Below, piece by piece: positions 59,765-64,000 of a DNA stretch of 64,000 bases. The translations under genes were made by a program, and so were the position numbers. Each line of letters begins with the position of its first letter. Position 1 is the stretch's first letter. Origin of the DNA: Candidatus Hydrothermarchaeales archaeon (GTDB lineage: Archaea; Hydrothermarchaeota; Hydrothermarchaeia; Hydrothermarchaeales; JAZGAD01); the NCBI GenBank assembly GCA_036444275.1, contig JAZGAD010000047.1, positions 10,424 through 74,423 of the forward strand. The letters are read 5' to 3'. Below the pieces are notes generated by a model. It had not been told where the DNA came from. It did not search any database and saw only the letters and a list, made by a program, of their open reading frames with translations.

Positions 59765-60891
59765 AGATACTCCAGATATATGAGCTAGGTCCCTTGGATG
59801 AGGTGAACGTTCATAGTGGAATCGATGTAGCTATCTTGGAGCTCTCCAAACACCTGTCAAGGATGGGGCATGAGGTGAGCATTTTGTGCGGCGCTGGTAA
59901 TGGAGTCATTGGAAAGCACTACGTAGGTGATGTTGAGATAATTCCTGTGGAATTTTCGGGTATCATGAGGAGGACCTGGAGTCCATCTAATCTGAGGTTT
60001 ATAAGGCAGGCGGCTTTTCCATTCGTGGTGCAGGCAAAGAAATTAGACAAATTCGACATCTACCATGGGCATGTCTATGCTTCTGGGCTTTTGGCGAACT
60101 ACTTGGCGAGGCGATCTAGAGGTAAAGCAGTCAATACCATCCACGGCTCCTACTATCCAATATGGAATGAGATCGCATCCCCCTTGGAAGCAGGATTCTA
60201 TGGGAACTGCGAGAGAATACTGGCACCCCTACTGGCTAGGATGTCTAACCTCCAGATACACACCGCAGGTTACTTTGCCAAGCAGGTACTCGAATGGGGT
60301 GCGCCCAAGGAAAAGATTAGGGTTATCCATAATGGAGTCGACTCCGATGTCTTTCATCCCAGCGTTAAAGCAGTTGAATTCGATAAAGATGCGCCAGTGA
60401 TTTTCACCGCTAGGAGGCTGGTGAGAAAAAATGGAGTGGAGTATCTGGTCAGAGCCATGAAGCATGTGCTTCGGAAGGAGGATTGCTCGCTCTTGATTGC
60501 TGGAGATGGTCCTGAAAGGTCGAGGCTGGAGGGCCTTGCATCCAAGTTAGGGATTTCTAGTCGCATAATTTTTTTGGGATTGCTACAGCACCGCGAGATT
60601 CCCAGCTATTTAGCTCTAGCAGATGTTGCGGTTGTGCCGAGTCTCATAGAAGCTTCCAGTTTATTCATTCTTGAAGCCATGGCGATGGACAAGCCGCTTG
60701 TCGCCACTAAAGTGGGTGCAATCCCGGAGATAGCTGCTGGTGCTCTCTTGGTCGAGCCGAAAGACGAAGTTGCTCTCGCCGATGGAATCCTGCAAGCATT
60801 GAAGGACGGTTTCGATGGCTATGCAAAGGTCCAATGCACCTGGGAAGACGTAGCCCGTCAGACTGAAGATTGCTACTTTAATATCATGTAA
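59761..60891 (+). CDS. GT4 family glycosyltransferase
   Basis: IHNGVD, RRL..KNG, E.SSL.ILEAMA..KP.VAT.VG.IPE. Confidence 0.92.
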   Translation: MKILQIYELGPLDEVNVHSGIDVAILELSKHLSRMGHEVSILCGAGNGVIGKHYVGDVEIIPVEFSGIMRRTWSPSNLRFIRQAAFPFVVQAKKLDKFDIYHGHVYASGLLANYLARRSRGKAVNTIHGSYYPIWNEIASPLEAGFYGNCERILAPLLARMSNLQIHTAGYFAKQVLEWGAPKEKIRVIHNGVDSDVFHPSVKAVEFDKDAPVIFTARRLVRKNGVEYLVRAMKHVLRKEDCSLLIAGDGPERSRLEGLASKLGISSRIIFLGLLQHREIPSYLALADVAVVPSLIEASSLFILEAMAMDKPLVATKVGAIPEIAAGALLVEPKDEVALADGILQALKDGFDGYAKVQCTWEDVARQTEDCYFNIM

Positions 60892-60916
60892 CTTTTGACG
60901 GGATTATAGTGTGTGG

Positions 60917-61018
60917 TTAGACGGTGCTTTCCTTCTTCTTCGGCTCTCTAAGTCCGAGCCATACCGCTAATAAAAAGCCTACTATTATTATTCCAAATAT
61001 GATTGCTGTTTCATTCAT
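60917..61018 (-). CDS. 33-aa single-TM peptide (not in ORF track)
   Basis: MNETAIIFGIIIVGFLLAVWLGLREPKKKESTV; overlaps the upstream gene end; GGCGGAG RBS-like sequence. Confidence 0.55.
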   Translation of the reverse strand: MNETAIIFGIIIVGFLLAVWLGLREPKKKESTV

Positions 61019-61241
61019 CTCCGCCACCCGCTATAATATCGAGTTCTCTTCCTAAGTATTTATATTTTCGTATTAAGAGGACCAATCCGGCCAAGCCAAC
61101 AGCTGAAATCGCGATATATACCCCTATCGGTGAAACCCTCTGCTGAGCTGCTAACAACAGTAATGCAAAAAAGAAAGCAATAAGGGACTGGATACTCATC
61201 TTTACGATGTCCATCTCGGCTTTGATTTCATTTTTCTGCAT
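61011..61241 (-). CDS. Small 2-TM hypothetical protein
   Basis: 76-aa ORF with two hydrophobic segments; TATA-like box upstream. Confidence 0.6.
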   Translation of the reverse strand: MQKNEIKAEMDIVKMSIQSLIAFFFALLLLAAQQRVSPIGVYIAISAVGLAGLVLLIRKYKYLGRELDIIAGGGDE

Positions 61242-61425
61242 GATAAAAGCAAACTTCTTCCTTGCTATAAATTTTTAGAAATCCGGTAAAATTCGAGAGC
61301 TCCTCCAACTCAAGGCCTATTAAAGGATTAGACGAAGCGCGGATTCAGTATATCTAGATATGAGAAAGCCCTTCGAGGAAACCTCTTACTCTTACATCTT
61401 CCCCTCCTTTGAAGTACGATGCACA

Positions 61426-63114
61426 TTATTTTCGTACTAAGTAATTCCCTATTGCTAGGCCGTCCAAGCCAGAGTTTTCGAATGTGTCTATAGCTGTCTC
61501 AGGCGAGCCCACAATAGGAAAGCCGTGAAGGTTGAAGGAAGTATTCAGGACCCCGCCAACACCAGTTAAATCTTGAAATCCCTCTAGGATCTTCTTATAG
61601 CTCGGGCTCCATTCGTTGACTGTCTGCGGCCTAGCGGTTCTGTCATAGGGATGTAAGCCGGCTATAATATCCTCTGCTTTCTCAGTGGTGTCGAAGGCCT
61701 CGATCATGTACCTCGCCGGCCTGGCATTCTCCAAGTAGTCGTGCATCCTACTTTCAAGAATTGAGGAGGCAAATGGCATCCAGAAGTCCCGTTTTTTTAT
61801 GGCGCGGTTGATTCTCGCAATGACTCGAACATCCCTTGGGTCGGCTAATATAGATCTGTTCCCCAGGGCCCTAGGCCCGAATTCCTCCCTGCTGTCGAAT
61901 CTAGCTATGATCTTGCCATCTGCCAAGAGTTCTGATATCTTACCCCCTATGCCCTCTGAAAACTCTGCTTTCTCCCACCAGCCTTTTTCCTTTAAGGCGA
62001 GGGCGATTTCCTCGTCGTTGAAGCTCCTGCCGAGGTAGAGGTCTTCCAATGCATGTCTTTCTGCCTTTATTCCCTCCAGTTCACAGAATCGATAGTATGC
62101 TTCTAGGGCGGCGCCCACAGGCGTGCCCCCATCCTCGGATACAGGTGCAAAGAAGGCGTCGTCAACCTCCTCTAGTTCCCTGATCAGCTTGTTGGCCTTG
62201 ACATTGAGAAAAGAGCCGCCTACACACGCTATCCTATGAATATCTGTTTCACTAATAGCATTTCTGACCCACTTGAGCACGATCCTCTCGAAATGTAATT
62301 GAACAGCTGCAGCTATGTCGTCGAATCGCTTGCCGGGGAGCATATCCTTCAGTTTTTGTTGTATCTGAGTTCCACAGGCACCCAGGGTATTCTGGAATTC
62401 CAATGGCCTCTTGGGATTTACCCTTATCATCTTCTCCATCTCTCTAATGCATCTCTCTGGCTTGCCGTAGGGAGCCAGGCCCATCAACTTATATTCGTGC
62501 TCCCATCGCTTCATCCCAAGGTAGCCTGTTATCTCGCTGTAGAAGGCATTCCCAGGGCTGTCATAGTACGTAGTGGAGGCGATGCGCTCCACACTATCTC
62601 TTCTTCCAATGTTCACAGTGGCACAAAGTCCATCTCCAGCTCCATCAAGCGTAAGGACTAATGCTTCTTCCTTCCATGAACGCTGGTAATTGGCTAGGGC
62701 TGCATGTGCAGCGTGATGCTCTATGAATACTAGCTCCTTCCCAGCTATGCCGAGCTCTTCGAAAACCTTATTCAGCTCCTTTATAGAGCGGAATCTGTGC
62801 AGGGCCTTAACATACAGCTTGGAGAATGTGTGGCCGTGTAGAAATGGAGATAGCTTTTCGAACAACCTTATTCTGAGAGGGTATTCTGCTAGCGGTGCAT
62901 ACACCCTGTTCAGGCTCACCACTGCGATGAGATCCACTTCTCCAGGTGGTATTCCAGCGATATTAAAAACAGCTTCTACAGCTCTCGTGGGGCTGCCGCT
63001 ATAGTTCTTTATATTCCTCAGGCGCTCCTCTTGCAGTGCTGCTAAAACCCTGCCGTCTCTGACGATTGCAGCTCCAGAATTGTGGCCGTCATTGATGCCT
63101 AGTACAACTGGCAT
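61426..63114 (-). CDS. Carbamoyltransferase (NodU/CmcH family)
   Basis: QEER..K, EHH.AHA, DGAGD, EYKLMGLAPYG, EFGPRALGNRSILA, LNTSFN.HG.PI. Confidence 0.93.
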   Translation of the reverse strand: MPVVLGINDGHNSGAAIVRDGRVLAALQEERLRNIKNYSGSPTRAVEAVFNIAGIPPGEVDLIAVVSLNRVYAPLAEYPLRIRLFEKLSPFLHGHTFSKLYVKALHRFRSIKELNKVFEELGIAGKELVFIEHHAAHAALANYQRSWKEEALVLTLDGAGDGLCATVNIGRRDSVERIASTTYYDSPGNAFYSEITGYLGMKRWEHEYKLMGLAPYGKPERCIREMEKMIRVNPKRPLEFQNTLGACGTQIQQKLKDMLPGKRFDDIAAAVQLHFERIVLKWVRNAISETDIHRIACVGGSFLNVKANKLIRELEEVDDAFFAPVSEDGGTPVGAALEAYYRFCELEGIKAERHALEDLYLGRSFNDEEIALALKEKGWWEKAEFSEGIGGKISELLADGKIIARFDSREEFGPRALGNRSILADPRDVRVIARINRAIKKRDFWMPFASSILESRMHDYLENARPARYMIEAFDTTEKAEDIIAGLHPYDRTARPQTVNEWSPSYKKILEGFQDLTGVGGVLNTSFNLHGFPIVGSPETAIDTFENSGLDGLAIGNYLVRK

Positions 63115-63122
63115 GGCGCGGT

Positions 63123-63461
63123 TCACCCTTCATCTTCGGCTTCCTTAAGAGCGAGCGCCCTCACTATCTTTTCGATCCTTCTCTCGCTGTACTTGAGCTT
63201 GATGAAGATCGTGAATGTCAACCCAAATACCAGGAAAAGAGCCCCTATCGTTAAAAGGTCCATTACCCTTATCACCTGCAGGGGATTAGCTATCACTTCA
63301 AGCCACTCCGGGAAGGCCACGACGACCATGAATCCGATCCAGATGAGAGACCATAGCGTTGCATCGTGGGAACGGAAGATATCCCGCTTATAGTACAGGT
63401 ATGTAAGGAAGATCATATCTAAAGCGAAGAATATCCCTATTACCTGAATCCAGGTTATCAT
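63123..63461 (-). CDS. DUF2304 family membrane protein
   Basis: 3 TMs, W..IW, R.MD, IEKIVRALAL; follows a GT2 gene. Confidence 0.8.
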   Translation of the reverse strand: MITWIQVIGIFFALDMIFLTYLYYKRDIFRSHDATLWSLIWIGFMVVVAFPEWLEVIANPLQVIRVMDLLTIGALFLVFGLTFTIFIKLKYSERRIEKIVRALALKEAEDEG

Positions 63462-64000
63462 TTCTTTATCCACCACCAGACCATATTTGAGAATATTCTT
63501 ATGCCGTCTAGTATCGTTGCGCCTTTGAATTCATCTAGGTATATCGTATCTATAGGTATCTCCTTGTACTTTAACTTTCTTATTCCTATCTCCTTGGCTA
63601 TCTCCGAGCATATCTCGTAGCCGTTGCTCTCAGGCTCTAGCTTCTTCCAGGCATCCTTGGTGAGTATTCTGAAGCCGGACTGTGTATCTGAGATATTTGA
63701 GCCGAACAACGCCTTGTCCATAAGGGTTAGGAATTTATTCCCGAGTTTAAGGGTCAGGGGAAACCTCTCAGTTGTTTTCAGGAATCTTGAGCCCAGCAAT
63801 ATGTCTAGATTTTCCTTTTGCAGGAGCTCTAAGCCGAGGGGTAGGGATTTGGCTGAGTGCTGCCCATCGCTGTCCAGGTTGACGATTACATCGAAGCCCT
63901 TTCTTACTGCGTACTCGTTGCCTGTTACGGTGGCGAAGCCAACGCCCATGTTAGCTACATGTCTCAGGACTTCTGCGCCTCCCGCCCTTGCTTCCTCTGA
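63458..64000 (-). CDS. GT2 glycosyltransferase (DPM1-like), 5' end beyond the window
   Basis: N.G.G.A...G; DSDGQH; GSRF; DTQSGFR. Confidence 0.9.
   Translation of the reverse strand, partial: SEEARAGGAEVLRHVANMGVGFATVTGNEYAVRKGFDVIVNLDSDGQHSAKSLPLGLELLQKENLDILLGSRFLKTTERFPLTLKLGNKFLTLMDKALFGSNISDTQSGFRILTKDAWKKLEPESNGYEICSEIAKEIGIRKLKYKEIPIDTIYLDEFKGATILDGIRIFSNMVWWWIKK

Noticed and set aside
61270-61420. Possible gene remnant downstream of the carbamoyltransferase
   Set aside because: Multiple stops in the frames I read and no recognisable motif.

Overview
Archaeal chromosomal segment. The domain call rests on TFB, fibrillarin/Nop5, Sm-L37e, archaeal CdhC/D/E, a PGF-CTERM protein and ArcS. 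The mix of Wood-Ljungdahl genes, multiheme cytochromes, class II HMG-CoA reductase and CW_binding_2 proteins would fit an anaerobic euryarchaeote such as Hydrothermarchaeota; this is inference only. Housekeeping blocks are pyrB-pyrI, the DUF35/thiolase/HMG-CoA synthase cluster, tRNA-Pro, TFB, cdhCDE, nop5-flpA, sm-rpl37e-purF, tRNA-Ala, split arcS, dapF/lysA/dapL and mvaA. Three accessory regions lie between them. (1) About 1.7-8.2 kb: repeat proteins, two paralogous HhH proteins and small regulators, bounded by a 14-bp direct repeat. (2) 22.7-36 kb: a duplicated signalling triad whose membrane kinases carry extracellular EB_dh/DOMON-like domains with a CxxxCH motif, with an octaheme cytochrome c / cytochrome c / cytochrome b operon nested inside. 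(3) 46-64 kb: surface and glycosylation genes, including a MinD - beta-propeller - CW_binding_2 cluster. Several Cys-rich small ORFs missing from the ORF track were read by hand, notably a 45-aa TRASH/zf-HIT-like protein wedged between nop5 and fibrillarin. All family assignments come from motif recognition by eye; no database searches were run.
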